DNA from: the human T2T-CHM13v2.0 reference genome, Homo sapiens
Direction of reading: 5' to 3'
Assembly (NCBI GenBank): GCA_009914755.4
Contig: CP068257.2
Coordinates: forward strand, 15,808,001 to 15,872,000
DNA: 64,000 bases
Translations under genes and position numbers: made by a program
The notes under the pieces: generated by a model
What the model saw: the letters and a program-made list of their open reading frames with translations, nothing else
The model's database searches: none
What the model was told of the DNA's origin: nothing
Part shown: positions 37,515-56,046 of the stretch, in pieces
Layout of the letters: every line of letters starts with the position of its first letter
How positions within the stretch are numbered: the stretch's first letter is position 1

Positions 37515-38052
37515 ATATTATTATTATTAAGTTCCGGGGTACATGTGCAGGTTTGTTACATAGGTAAATGTGTTCCACGGTGGTTTGCTGCACCTAACAA
37601 CCCACCACCTAGGTATTAAGCCCAGGATGCATTAGCTCTTTTCCCTAATGTTCTCCCCCAAAACTCACCCTCCCTTGACACGCCCCAGTGTGTGTAGTTC
37701 CCCTCCCTGTATCCATGTGTTCTCATTGTTCAGCTCCCACTTACAAGTGAGAACATGCAGTGTTTGGTTTTCTGTTCCTGTGTTAATTTGCTGAGGAGGA
37801 GGCTTCCAGCTTCACCCACATCCCTGCAAAGGACATGATCTCGTTCCTTTTTATGGCTGCATAGTATTCCATGATGCATATGTACCACATTTTCTTTATC
37901 CAATCTATCATTGATGGACATTTGGGTTGGTTCCAAGTCTTTGCTATTGTGAATAGTGCTGCAATGAATATATGCATGCATGTATCTTTATAATTGAATG
38001 ATTTGTATTCCTTTGGGTATATACCCAGTAATGGGATTGCTGGGTCAAATAC
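37515..38052 (-). mobile_element. LINE-1 3'-end fragment (L1P-type), 5'-truncated, interrupted at its 5' side by an Alu
   Basis: Reverse complement of the L1 3' end: ttaagttccggggtacatgtgcaggtttgttacataggtaaatgtgttccacggtggtttgctgcacc...cccacttacaagtgagaacatgcagtgtttggttttctgttcc...ggctgcatagtattccatg...tttgggtatatacccagtaatgggattgctgggtcaaat. The minus-strand ORF 37783..38091 translates an ORF2 C-terminal remnant. Confidence 0.85.
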
Positions 38053-38055
38053 TAA

Positions 38056-38352
38056 TTTTTTTTTTTTTTTTTTTGAGATGGAGTCTCGCATTGTGGCCTA
38101 GGCTGGAGTGTCATGTGCGATATTGGCTCACTGCAACCTCCACCTCCTGGGTTCAAGCAATTCTCCTGCCTCAGACTCCTGAGTAGCTGAGATTACAGGT
38201 GCCCACCACCACGTCGGGCTAATTTTTTATATTTTTAGTACTGATGGGGTTTCACTATGTTGGCCAGGATGGTCTCGAACTCCTGACCTTGTGATCCGTC
38301 CACCTCAGCCTCCCAAAGTGCTGGGATTACAGGCATGAGCCACCATGCCTGG
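38056..38352 (-). mobile_element. Alu SINE inserted into the L1 fragment
   Basis: A poly-T then gagatggagtctcgcattgtggcctaggctggagtg ... catgagccaccatgcctggc. A possible TSD is actaattttt. Confidence 0.85.
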
Positions 38353-39673
38353 CTAATTTTTAAATGAAAACAGGATCTTAGTCTGCACTTACATGAGTTT
38401 ACCTTACTTGGCCTCCCTCTAATCCCAGCTCTGAGACATTCTGGTTATTACATGAGCAGATAATTTCTATACATTTTATTTTTACTTAAGTTAATTTTAG
38501 CTGAATTTCTGTCATTTGAAATTGAGAAAACCCTGCGTAAAGGATCAATTCCCAATGCTACTGTAAGCATTACATGATTTCATACATGTGTAGTTCTTAG
38601 GAAAGGCTTGGTGCATGTATAAATGCAGATTATTATGGCTATTGTTACTGCAATTTCATTTCACCGCCTCTACCATCCTAAAATACTCCAAACTCCTACA
38701 AAAATTTATTGCAGATATGCAAAATTGTAAAAGCAGCCCTGTTTGCGCAGATCCCGTGGGACAACCCCATGTGTTGTGCTGTGTATCCCCTATGCGTGGG
38801 TACTGAGGTTAAGCTTCCAATGGGCTGCTCCTGGCCAGGGACCAAGTGTGGCAGGGAAACAAAGGCAGACCCATTTTTCACCTGGTGATTCTGGCTTGAG
38901 GATTCCGCATCAACCTGGACAAAACTTTCTTAGAACTGCACTGCAGTCTCAGACATCCTACTCACTCTTCCTTCCTGCCCTCTCTCCATCCCAGGGATGA
39001 GATCAGCATTGCATCTGAAGCTCTCTCAACCCTCCTTTTTTCTGCTCAATTTTCCTTCACAAGTGTTTTCTCCAAGAAATTTCTCACACTTCAAATCCTG
39101 TCTTGACATCAGTTTCTAGAAAGACCAGAACTAACATTTGTTGATAATCTCTCTTTCTATTCCGGTGTGTACATTTCTTTCTAAATAACTCAGAACTATC
39201 AAACTTGGTACACACACACAAGCACACACGCTCATGTTCCTAACCAAAGGCTAAAACTCCTCGGCCATCAGGTCGGCCTTAGGGACTTGGTGGTGGTACT
39301 TAGGGGAAGTCAGGCTGTGGTTAAAACAGACTTACCAGGAACCACAAGCACTGGCAGATTATCAAGAAGCTGAATCACGGACCGTTACAAGAAGCTGAAT
39401 CATGGATAGTTATTCCTCCTAATTCTTGTGTGGGTGTTTTTTTTTGTTTTGTTTTGTTTTTGTTTTTTACTGTAATTTAATCAGTCAAGAAATAGAAAAA
39501 AATTCAAGTATTTTCTAGCTTAATTTTCTGAAATACCTAGATGCCTCGAACCCTCAAATTAGAACTTCTAGTACATAAGCCATAGCTCCGATCTCCCACT
39601 GCTCACCTCTGGTGACGCAGGCACCACATGGGAACAACGTAGGCCAAACACTTTGCCACCACTTATTTTCCTT

Positions 39674-39721
39674 TAAGAGAGTGAGGAATTCTCCTTCAAG
39701 AGAGTGAGAAATTCTCCTTCA
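39674..39721 (+). repeat. 24-bp tandem duplication aagagagtgag(g/a)aattctccttca x2
   Basis: Read directly. Confidence 0.7.
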
Positions 39722-40292
39722 CTTACTAACCACTAATTGGTCTCTGACAGGATTAGCAGGTCCTCTTGAGAAACAAAAACACAGAATTCTTGTATCTTCA
39801 AAGGTTGTTTTATGATATCTCCCTTAACCAGCACCTGATTTAAAAAAGGTTTTATCTATGCAGTTGAACCAGACTCCTGCCTGTCTAGCCCATGAGGGTA
39901 TACCAGAACCCAGGGACCTAGTACCATAATCCCCACCAGTGGGTCATTAGGTGTTAAGATACAGCCAAGCCACAAACAATGTCCAGTGATTCCCAAGCCA
40001 CCACACAGAGAACATCTGCATGCTGCAACAGGCAAGGCGTACGCCAGCCCAGAAATCTTACCAGTAAACCAAAAAGCCTCCTGCTTTACCTGGGCAGGTA
40101 CAGTGGACTGTATTTACTGGTTTTATGATGCTGCCTTTGTTCCAAGGTCATGATGACATCATAGCACTTGCAGGTATTGTTTCCCAATAATGGTTCATTT
40201 TACTAGGTACTGGGAATCTTCCTCCCATGGCCATCCATACTACTATGCTACAAACTGATAACTGTTTTTGCTTCTAGAGAAAGTCTAGGTGA

Positions 40293-40505
<213 letters not shown>

Positions 40506-40884
40506 TAATTGCATCACCCACTCAAAAAAGAAATAAACTAAAATAACATAGAAGTTGTGCTATTCCCACAGAAATTTTAGATGGCCTTACCAGTATCAAA
40601 GCAGGGTTCACAATTTACACAATGATGAAAGATACTATTCTTCAGTCTCTAGGGCTTTCTCCGGCATAAAACTTTTCCAGTGATATTTTAGTTTTCTACC
40701 ACCTGCCACGTGAACACCTGGGTCTCTCTCCTTCACACCTCTGAGGCCTGCTAAAAACGTCATCCATTCTTCCATCAAAAACAGTGTTTCAATATAACCA
40801 TGGAGTCTATCATTTGGATCTCATGATACCTTCTGTCCAGGGTTGATAATTCCTGGCTGGCCCCAAACACCCTGTACTCACCTT

Positions 40885-41306
40885 CTGTATTAGCCTGTTT
40901 TTGCATTGCTATAAAGAAATACCTGAGGCTGGGTAATTTATAAAGAAAGCTGGTTTATTCTGGCTTATGGCTCTGCAGGCTATTCAGGAAGCATGATGCC
41001 AGCATCTATTTCAGGTGAGGGTCCCAGGAAGCTTACAATTATGGCCAAAGGTGAAGGCAGAGGTGGCACATCACATGGTGAGAGAGGGAGAAAGAGAGAG
41101 AGGAGGAACCAGGCTCCTTTAAACAACCAGCTCTCGCTTGAACTGAGTGAGAACTCACTTATTACCAAGGGAAGGGCATTAATCCATTCATGAGGGATCT
41201 TCCCCAACGATCCAATCACCTCCCACTAGGCCCCACCTTCAACACGGGCGATTACATCTCAACATGAACATGAGATTTGGAGGAGACAGACATCCAAACC
41301 ATATCA
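40885..41306 (-). mobile_element. Solo MaLR LTR (THE1/MST-type), complete ~422 bp
   Basis: Starts ctgtattagcctgtttttgcattgctataaagaaatacctgaggctgggtaatttataaag and ends gagatttggaggagacagacatccaaaccatatca, matching the reverse complement of MaLR LTR termini (tgatatgg...actaatacag). Confidence 0.8.
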
Positions 41307-41440
41307 ACTTCTAATATGCTAAGACAAAGTACAATTTTTCCATAGATCAGCATAAATCCTCAAAGACACAGACTCTTTGCCACTTCAGGTGGAAATCCCA
41401 GTAAATTGAATACAAAGTCATGTACACATATGCATTTATA

Positions 41441-41760
41441 GGCTGGGTGCAGTGGCTCATGGCTGTAATCCTAGCACATTGTGGGGCTGAGGTGGGCAGA
41501 TCACTTGGGCCCAGGAGTTTGAGACCAGCCTAGGAAACAGGGCAAAACCTAATTTCTACAAAAAATACAAAAATTAGTTGGGTGTGGAGGCACATGCCTA
41601 TAGTCCCGGCTACTCAGGAGGCTGAAGTGGGAGGATCGCCTGAGACCGGGAGGTCAAGGCTGCAGTGAGCCAAAATCATGCCACTGCACTCCAGCCCGGG
41701 GAACAGAGTGAGACTCTGTCTCAAGAGAACAAAACAAGACAACAACAATAGCAAAAACAA
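41441..41760 (+). mobile_element. Alu SINE (AluJ/S)
   Basis: From ggctgggtgcagtggctcatggctgtaatcctagcacattgtgggg to gagtgagactctgtctcaagagaacaaaacaag. Confidence 0.85.
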
Positions 41761-44700
41761 CATATATGCACTTATTTTTCTTAGTGAGAAGATTCTTTAT
41801 CATTTTTTCCCAATCAATGACTGCCTAAGGATCTTTAACTTTAATCAAATTCTCCAAGTGATTGATAGCCACCAAAAAAATTTAACCATATAGCAGATGC
41901 CATGTAGCAGTGCCTGGTCCATAACCATTCTGCATTCACTGTTCCCATTTTTCCTACGGGCAAGCACCAATGACTGACTGCCTGAGGACTTTCTTTAGCT
42001 GCAGGAGTGTGCTAGACCCCTAAGAGACAGATGGTGAAAATTTGGGAGTTCATACCTCCAGGAAAAGCCTTCAACCATTGACAGATGAAAGTTGGTGAAT
42101 AAACACCCCAGCTCCTCACCCCTCCGATGGGACAACTCCAAGACCTACTCTATATAATCTTTCAGGATCTCCCATTAGGATTGACCCAATATCCACAAGG
42201 TCAACCTGCCACCAACATACCCTCTCTTGGCTTTTTTCCATGGTTGTTTTACTTCCCTATTTCCCTACTCGTGCTTGAGATCACCTTCTACTCTGCACCC
42301 AAATCTGTACCTTAGGGTCAGCTTCTGGGGAAAAGTTCTCAGCCCAAGTTAAATGACTATCCTATTGGTTCTCTTACAGATTATCCATTCTGGCTATCAA
42401 CTGGTTCATCTGTACTTCAATCAATACTAAATTCACAATGTCTGCTGAGTCAGACCAGTTTTATATCCATCTTTGGAAATCTACCTGTATTTCACTGATC
42501 CCTTCTTTAATGGTAAATCAGACCCTACTTTGTATTTAAACTCACTATACTGTACACCAAACTAGAGGTAGCTTATAAAGAAAATACATTACTCTTCCTA
42601 ACATTTTAGGTTTTTGTGCCCAGCATACCTTCTTAAAAAAAATTTCTGGAGCTCTTTGAGGCCTTGGGGAAAAAATAAAATGAATGAAAAAGGAGCTGAC
42701 CTGGGATATCATGGAGGCTAAATATTTCACTAATTCTGTTTTGTTGAAGATTACAGTCTGATTTGGTTTATTTGTTTTTTGTTTTGGTTTGAGAGCTTTC
42801 CTTCTTTCTCCCTTTATTTGGCACTCATCCTTCTTAAGAGACTATTTGAGTTTTAGTAGCTGGACTCTGGGAACCGCAGGCATGTTGTTTGGCAGATGGA
42901 TTTTTGCAGTTCTACAGACCAAACCTAATTATCCATTTTGAGTTGTCATCTGAGTTTCTGTTTGAGTTGCCAATGTTTGTCCATTGGATTTTTCTCCTGT
43001 CCATTAAGCAATTTTCTCGCATGATAGAGCATCTACACAAAAAGAATTTCAGGAAACCAGCAGCCATGTGTTGAGACCCATAGGGGAGCTGCTGAGATTA
43101 TTCACACAAAGTCCATTTCTCTCCTTAAGCAAGGAAGCAGGAAATATATAATACTAGAATAAGGAACTCAGAAAAGATGTGGCCTAACACATCTACAAGA
43201 CACAGTCTGGAAAATTCCTATCATGTTAACAGTCCAACATATGCGCTGAATGCATTTCTACTTGGTCAAGCCAGAGAATATTTAATCTCCATCTGAATAA
43301 CATAAAAATGAAAATGCTATAAATTGCAACTACCTAAATATTTTTTGAATCAATACATATCAAATATGTTTAAGTGTTCTTTTCTCATTTTTCTTAAGTT
43401 TCTACAAAGGATCAACTGTCACCCGCACCCAGCATCTCCTGCCATATCTGAAGTTTGGGTGACTCACTGACCCAACAGAAATCAGTCTCCCTTTAGTGAT
43501 ACCCCCTATATTCCTTTCTTTTCTTCATTGCTTAGCAATAGCACTGCCAGGGAAATGGAAACAAACAAAAAAGGAGAAAATCAACCCCCGTTTATTTTTA
43601 TGTACAATAAAGTTTTCATGAAAGTGAAATCATAATGCCTAATGGTGACAAGAATGCTTTTTAGTAATGAGAGACTTTGTAAACCTTTCAAGTGCTTTAA
43701 AAAACGATATATAATATTTGTACCTATTTTGGGGGTACTTGTGATATTTTGATACATGTATACTATGTGAAATCAAATTAGGGTAATTGGGGGTATCCAT
43801 CACCTCAAATATATATCTTCTCTTTGTGTGGGGAACATAATAATTCTTCTAGCTATTTTGAAATGTACAATAAATTATGGTTAACTATAATTTCCCTATT
43901 CTACTATTGGATACTACAACTTATTCCATCTAACTGTACCTGTCAAGTGTTTTTGAATAAGAAACATTTAACTGACTTTTTTTTAAAGAGATGGGGTCTT
44001 GCTGTGTTGCGCGGGATGAATTTGAACTGAACTCCCTAGTAGCTGGGACTAAAGGCACATACTTTTGAGTTTGGCTTAACTGACTTTGAAAGCTATAAAA
44101 GTAGGGATAGGTAAGATCAGCTGAACAACATGTCCATTTGCATAATAGCAGAGTTCCTCCTTTATCAGAAATGTGCAAGTTTCCTTGTCCTTTAGAGTTT
44201 GAGTTGTGAGTTGAGATAATATGTTTTTGCTACCAGCAATCGTAAATTAAATCAACATACCTACAAATGGCTGTCCTAACAGGGAGTCATCTAGTATCCA
44301 AAGAACCACCATTCCCTGCCCACTCCTATTGCTCCTGGATACCCACGCCACTTCACCTTCCTTCTCTTCTTCATTACTGATTAGTAGAATGTGTGGCTGC
44401 TATCTTCCCAAACTCAATAATAAGGTCACCAAAGCTGCCAGGGATCTGTGGTTCCCAGGCATCCTATTCTTGCTGAATTACCACTCCTGCTACTCACTCC
44501 TTCAACCCTAATCAGGGTCCTTCACTCCAACTTTCCACTCCATTACTATCAGCCTCTGCCTAAGCTAGATACTTATCCTTTCCTGAAACATCTGCCAATT
44601 CTCTCTCTCACTTTGTAACATGAAAATGTAACCCTGTCTCCCTAAAACTACAAGCAGTATTAGTTCAACATCAAAGAATCTGCACTTTGCCCTTAAACCA

Positions 44701-44770
44701 TCTATGCTCCTTTGTTAGGAAGGAGAATAAGGTTTGACTCCTAATTCTGTGTCTGAGCAAGAAAAGGTGC

Positions 44771-45568
44771 TTTTTTTTTATTTCATATTTTCTTTTATTT
44801 ATTATTATTATACTTTAAGTTTTAGGGTACATGTGCACAATGTCCAGGTTAGTTACATATGTATACATGTGCCATGCTGGTGCGCTGCACCCACTAACTC
44901 ATCATCTTGCATTACGTATATCTCCCAATGCCATCCCTCCCCACTCCCCCCACCGCACAACAGTCCCCAGAGTGTGATGTTCCCCTTCCTGTGTCCATGT
45001 GTTCTCATTGTTCAATTCCCACCTATGAGTGAGAATATGTGGTGTTTGGTTTTTTGTTCTTGTGATAGTTTGCTGAGAATGATGATTTCCAATTTCATCC
45101 ATGTCCCTACAAAGGACATGAACTCATCATTTTTTATGGCTGCATAGTATTCCATGGTTTATATGTGCCACATTTTCTTAATCCAGTCTATCATTGTTGG
45201 ACATTTGGGTTGGTTCCAAGTCTTTGCTATTGTGAATAATGCCGCAATAAACATACGTGTGCATGTGTCTTTATAGCAGCATGATTTATAATCCTTTGGG
45301 TATATACCTGGTAATGGGATGGCTGGGTCAAATGGTATTTCTAGTTCTAGATCCCTGAGGAATCGCCACACTGACTTCCACAATGGTTGAACTAGTTTAC
45401 AGTCCCACCAACAGTGTAAAAGTGTTCCTATTTCTCCACATCCTCTCCAGCACCTGTTGTTTCCTGATTTTTTAATGATTGCCATTCTAACTGGTGTGAG
45501 ATGGTATCTCATTGTGGTTTTGATTTGCATTTCTCTGATGGCCAGTGATGGTGAGCATTTTTTCATGA
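44771..45568 (-). mobile_element. LINE-1 3'-end fragment (~800 bp, L1PA-like), 5'-truncated; probable TSD gaaa(g)gtgc / gaaagatgc
   Basis: Reverse complement of the L1 3' end: a poly-T then tattatactttaagttttagggtacatgtgcacaatgtccaggttagttacatatgtatacatgtgccatgctggtgcgctgcaccc...ctatgagtgagaatatgtggtgtttgg...ctgggtcaaatggtatttctagttctagatccctgaggaatcgccacactgacttccacaatgg. The minus ORF 45159..45662 (167 aa) is ORF2 C-terminal sequence (...[12 protein letters not shown]...). Confidence 0.9.
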
Positions 45569-46857
45569 AAGATGCTTTACTGGAGTACTGACTTGGCCTG
45601 GTGAATACAAGTCCTCCTAGAAACATTCTTATAAATATTTCACCACGCTCTGTCAAGAACACTGTAGGCTAAATGGGTGTTTGGAGGCTTCCTTGGTAAA
45701 TTAACTACATTCATTTACAGCATAGCTGCTATGAGAAGATGCATTTAGTTTTACTTCCAATATGAAAAACAAACAAATTCCTCAAAGGAGTACAATCTAG
45801 GTTCCAAAATCTAGATCTCCAGCCAGGTCGGCTCTCTTTCTGGCATCTTCACTTGGATGTCCCTCGGGCATTGAAAACCTAACATTTGTATTCCACTAAA
45901 CCTGCTTGTCCACTAACCCTATTCAATTAGCAGCACCTTTTTACATTGATTGCCAAATCTAGAAACCTGAAACAGCTTTGTTTCTTGTTCCTCACTGCCT
46001 ATATCCAGCTGGGCTCAAATTTTGCTAGTCATCCCTCCAAAAATCTCCTAAGCCTCTCAGATTGCTGTAACAACTTGAGTTCAGACCCCACCAGTTTTTA
46101 CTGTGACTTTAAAAACAATTTCTTCAATAATTTCCCTTTTGTTTTTTCTGCCCTCTTCAGATCCATCCTTGGCACTGCCTCTAGAGTTTTCTTTCCAAAA
46201 CACAGACAGGATTATGATAGGCCCCTGTTTAAATGGAAAGAAAAAAAAAAGCAAACTTAGATTGTTCTCTCTGCTAAATCAAAAAGCCTGACTTCAGAAG
46301 AAGAGGGATTCTTGCCCATTCTGTCAAATTTGAGCACCTGGGCAGTACAACAAGGATTTTGCTGGCAGCAATTCTCCAGGAGTCTCAGATGTGAGCCCCT
46401 CAATAAGGCCAGAGAATAGACAGCTCTAATGCATTCAGTCTTCTCTCTCTTCAGGTGCCCTAGAAAAATCTTCAGTGAGGACCCCCTCACCCAGAGCAAA
46501 AAAGATGCATGGAGAGGAGTCTGCCTCTTGGATTCAAGTGGGAACAGTTGCTACAGAAATAATCCCCTGGCTTTCCTGTCTAATCTCAGATTTCCAATAA
46601 CCAGAGTTAAATTTTGTATTAATTGTGGTAGATCCCCTTAATCCCAGTTTTTCTGAGCTCTCCCCCTTTCACTACCTTCCTAATTTGTCTCTTATCTTAC
46701 TCAAGTTTTAATGACTATATTTTAAGTTGTTAAGGCATTCTATAAATTTTCTGTTCAAGCAGATTTTAGAATAATTAGAATGCCAATCATTTTCTCCCTA
46801 ATTATAATCCCAAGTTGAAGTTGCAGAATTTGGGTGCAAATTTTGAAAGAACACTCA

Positions 46858-47308
<451 letters not shown>

Positions 47309-47702
47309 CTAAAATCTAAATGCATTCAGTCAACAAATATGTTTGAGCCTATATTTAGTACTAAACTAGATGCTGGAGCTACAACAGTAAGGAAAAACCG
47401 ACATGCACCCTGCCCTCACAGAGCCTACAGTTGGGTGAGTGGGATAGGCATGAATCAAACAATCAAACAAATAACACATTCAAGTTTGACACTGCAATTG
47501 TAGAAAGTGCTCTGAAGGGGAGGTGACCGGTGCTTTGAGAAATATAATGCAAATTATTATTATTTTTATTTTTTCAAATGAAAGGTCTCACATATTTATT
47601 ACTGAACCCAGCCAACCAGCGCATTCACAATAGATTCAGAGAGGAAAAAAATATATTCCCAATAAAACATGACCAACTGTCCAGATAGTGGTGACATTTT
47701 CA

Positions 47703-47849
<147 letters not shown>

Positions 47850-49089
47850 CTACTGTGGAATGGGATAATTTTGCTTTTGTTTCATTGCCAGGAATTAATC
47901 CTGAAAGCGTGAGAAAACATGGCGAAAAGTGGAGTCAAGCACACACCACAATGGCAAAGAAAGGAAGAGACAGCTGTAATACAAATTAAATCAAATGTAA
48001 TCAGAGGGGTCCCTTAGGAAAGGATACTTGTTCTGAAATAGTAAGGATGACTAGGAGATACCCGCTTGAGAAGGTCAAGTATTCCAGGCAAAGGGAACAG
48101 CATCTGCAAAGGAAACAGCCACAGCAGGGACGGGGACATTGAGATGAACTTAGAGAGGCAGGTAAATGCAAACCCTTCAGTTAAGTATTATCTTTATCAT
48201 AAATGCAACTGAAGTCCTTGAATCAATCCCTTCATGAGGAGGAAATGAGGGTGCCACTGGTTTCATTCTAATCAAAGGAAGGGGGACTTATTCTGAATTC
48301 CATCTCTGATTCCCAAAATATCTGGCTAGTGCTTTAATGTTTCCATGACTCTAGTTTCCTTACTTATAACAAGTTTACCTCAATGCTTGTCACCTCCAGT
48401 TTTATAAAGGTATTTTAAGGAACAATGAGTCATAATTGCTGAGTTCTTTGAACTCCTTGGATGAAAGATGTTATACTGCCTATAAACATAAAGCATTGTT
48501 ATTATCTATCAGAAAAAAAGCTGTCCCCAGCCAAAAAGAAACCAGCAAAATACAAAGTATATGAGGCGCCACACACTTCTGTAATATTTAAATTTATAAT
48601 CTGGGTATAAATTAAATGGGTTTGACATTGAGTTAAGCCCAGCATCTTTGATCTATACTGCCCACAGCACTATGCAAACATTGAGTCATCTAATCTGAAA
48701 ATGCTCTGGGGGTGTGTATGTCACAAACACCAGACATTATCATTCTTTCTTTGAATTTTTTTCCTAAAGCACACCACCAAAGCTAGTGTAAAATCTCAGA
48801 AAATGAACACAAATTAGTCGTTATTCTGCTAGTCTTCTTTCTTTTCATTCAAACGCCCAATCAAAAGCATCTCTACACCAAAATACAAACATGATCACAA
48901 AGATAAGGAAAAGCTTAAATAAAACAAGCAAAAGATTTTTATTCCTGGGTAAACATCTTATCTTTTTCTTATTTTTAGTACAGGGCAGGTTTGCTACTTT
49001 GTGAACTGTTTTGGCCTAAGAAGGAAAGTAGAGAAAAAGGACTAGAGATGAGGATACTATAAGAATGGGAACTTTGGCAAAAGAAGTGA

Positions 49090-49437
<348 letters not shown>

Positions 49438-49836
49438 TAGTTCACTCTTTTCTTTCCTTTCACTAATATAGCTTACAGTAGAGATGGAGGGAGGGTGAGA
49501 CACTTAAAACCCAGGGCCAACTTATCCAGGGCCTGTGAAAATGTTTTAATTTCTTTTAAAATCAGAAGAAATAATGATATGATCCAGCCTGAATTAAATT
49601 TGTCTTTATACCAACACTGTTGTAAAAACAATTATTATTATTTTTAATGGTGGCAGGGGTTCACAAAGATGAAAGTACTTAAGGCCCCTGAAAGTCACAA
49701 TGTGGCCCTGGAAATGCCCTATCTTAGATATTTTGAGGAAAACTTGCTGAGGACATCCTTGACTATTTATTTATTCTACCTGGACACTAGAGAATTCCAC
49801 AAAAGCAATTGAATACAATATTTGAGAAGTAATTCA

Positions 49837-50211
<375 letters not shown>

Positions 50212-50312
50212 TTAACTTCTCCATACAGCTTATGTACACGGCATGGGGTATATTCCCCTATTTACAAGGCTATTGAAGAGAGTCATGAACCTCATCTAAG
50301 AATTGGTAATTA

Positions 50313-50710
<398 letters not shown>

Positions 50711-50872
50711 CTACAAGCCCTTCCTCATGCTAGTGTCTGATCCGAATTTACATTAACAATATAATCTATAACGTAGCACCAAGAGGGTATTTTAAACATT
50801 TTCCTGGAATAGGAGTGTCCCTAGGATCCTGTCAGAAGCTAATACAAATCCCCTCTCAAGAAAAACACTTAA

Positions 50873-51172
<300 letters not shown>

Positions 51173-51308
51173 TACTTAAAACCCTCAAACAATTCACACA
51201 GATAAAGCTCCATAAACATGAGTTTATAACAAAAAATCATCATAAAACACATGAAATAAGCCTAACATAAGCAAAAATGTACAAAAACAGCAGACAATAA
51301 AATGAGAG

Positions 51309-52105
<797 letters not shown>

Positions 52106-52541
52106 TCAGATCATGCAATTATTGCACACATAATATATAAGTATATTTAACATGTTTAAAGAAATGATAACTGGAAGTATGAGTAGGAATAAGCAACCAA
52201 GCAGATATATATTTTTAAAGCTTAAATATTATGAATAAAAATACACAACTTAAATAAAAACTCTTAAGGATAATTGAAAGTAGATTCAACACAACTGAAG
52301 AGCAAAGTTGTTAATAGGTAGATAAAACTGAAAAAAATCACCCAGAATTCAGCTCAGAATATCAAATACATGGAAAATATGAGACAATAAGATATAAAGG
52401 ATAGGATGAGAAGGTATAACACTTATCTAAGTGGCACCCCAGAGGATGACAATAGAGAGATATGGGAAAAGCAACATTGAATAAGAATTTAAATATTGAG
52501 ATTTTTCCAGAATTGAGGGATAACACAGATAGGTATTTTTA

Positions 52542-53039
<498 letters not shown>

Positions 53040-53373
53040 CTATTGAGGACTAAACTCTGATTTTTTTTTTTATCTTTCCCAAATTCTTATCTAAGGGGTC
53101 TGGGGAGTCATGGCCTAGAAATCATAAATTCTCATCAGATGGGTTTTATTTAACCCTATATATAGTGACTTACTTTCCAACCTGACTCTGGCATAACATT
53201 CAGAGACAAGGAAGAAAATCAAAATATTTTACCCCAAAACATGTTTCTTTGCCGTATCTTGAAAGCTGTCCTTTGTGGGGGAAAATTTGCATCTGTAAGG
53301 AATTTCTATTAACATAGCTAGTTCTTCTTCCTCTAGGACCTCCCAATCCTAAAGAGATTAACTGGCTGGGAGC

Positions 53374-53977
<604 letters not shown>

Positions 53978-54099
53978 TAAAGATCTGGATAGGAAGCATT
54001 TGTTATCTATTGTCTCTAAGGGCACCCACTATAAGACTTCAAAAGAACCTTGGTCTCCACAATCTCTTATCTTAACCTGAACATTTCCTTTCTGTGATC

Positions 54100-54420
54100 T
54101 CGCGTCTTTAGATAAACTCAACCAATTGTCAACCAGGAAATGTTTAAATTTTCCTAGAGCCTGGAACCCCGCCCGACTTTGAGTTGCCCCGCCTTTCTGT
54201 ACCAAATTAATGTATTTCTTACATGTATTTGATTGATGTCTCATGCCTCCCTAAAATGCATAAAACCAAGCTGTGCCCCGCCCACCTTCGGCATGTGTTC
54301 TCAGGACCTCCTGAGGGCCATGTCATGGGCCATGGTCACTCATATTTTGCTCAGAATAAATATCTTCAAATATTTTACAGAGTTTGACTATTACTGTCAA
54401 CTATTAAAAAACAAGTCAAT
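54100..54420 (+). mobile_element. LTR-like fragment (possible ERV solo-LTR remnant; family uncertain)
   Basis: Segment ...tgtaccaaattaatgtatttcttacatgtatttgattgatgtctcatgcctccctaaaatgcataaaaccaagctgtgccccgcccaccttcggcatgtgttctcaggacctcctgagggccatgtcatgggccatggtcactcatattttgctcagaataaatatc has U3/R-like organisation ending in an AATAAA signal and resembles ERV LTR consensus patterns from memory. Confidence 0.35.
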
Positions 54421-54966
54421 GTATAACTTAGAAGGTGGACAGGACAGAAACATTGGATTACACTATAAATTAGGAAAGGGATATGATAGGAGTTAAAACA
54501 GTCTAAGATCTATGATTATTCAGGAAAATAATAAAAATGTTCATTTTCTTTAGACTTTTAAATTTAAATATCCATGGGGGCATTTCATCCCAACTGAGGG
54601 CAGACTTCCGAAAAATAATGAAGAATTAAACACATGCATTTACCGTGATTCTTCCTGAAACCCTTATTAAAACCACATTAATAGAATTTAAAAGGTTTTT
54701 AAAAAAAAAAAAAAAAAAAGCCTGAAGGCAGAAAGACAAAGATAACAGGGTAGAAGACAATATCAACATTTTGGGAACTGGAAGGCAGATAGATGAGAGA
54801 TACTGACTGAACACATTCCAGACAGCTGAATTCTAAACCAGCAGTAGTCAAAGTGAACCTTCCAAGAATTTCAGGATTTTGATGGTATCAGGATATTTGA
54901 GAGTGAAGCGAAGGTGGGGCTAAAAACAGGGAGATTGGCTTAAGTTAGTTTAAAAAGAAGTTAAGC

Positions 54967-55312
<346 letters not shown>

Positions 55313-55346
55313 TTAACCCATAAAGCCAATGTTCCTGGTAATGTAA

Positions 55347-55662
<316 letters not shown>

Positions 55663-55749
55663 GAAATCTTCATTTCTTAAGAACAGCATTATCATTTTTC
55701 AGAAAACAGAAAAATTAGCAGCAGTTTCACATATAATAGAAAGTTTCTT

Positions 55750-56046
55750 GGCCTGGCGCAGTGACTCACGCCTGTAATCCTAGCACTTTGGGAGGCTGAG
55801 GCAGGCAAATCACCTGAGGTCAGGGGTTTGAGACCAGTCTAGCCAACATGACGAAACCCCCATCTCTGCTAGAAATACAAAAATAGCCGGGTGTGGTGGT
55901 GCATGCCTGTAATCCCAGCTACACGTGAGGCTGAGGCAGAATTGCTTGAACCCGGGAGGCGAAGTTGCAGTGAGCCGAGATCATGCCACTGCACTCCAGC
56001 CTGGGTGACAGATGGAGACTCCGTCACAAAAAAAAAAAAAAAAAAA
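55750..56046 (+). mobile_element. Alu SINE with internal deletion; TSD aga(a/g)agtttctt
   Basis: From ggcctggcgcagtgactcacgcctgtaatcctagcactttgggaggc to gagactccgtcacaaaaaaaaaaaaaaaaaaaa. Confidence 0.85.

Noticed and set aside
45159-45662. 167-aa minus-strand ORF with recognisable protein-like sequence
   Set aside because: This is the C-terminal remnant of L1 ORF2 inside a 5'-truncated L1 3' end, not an independent gene. The same applies to ORF 37783..38091.
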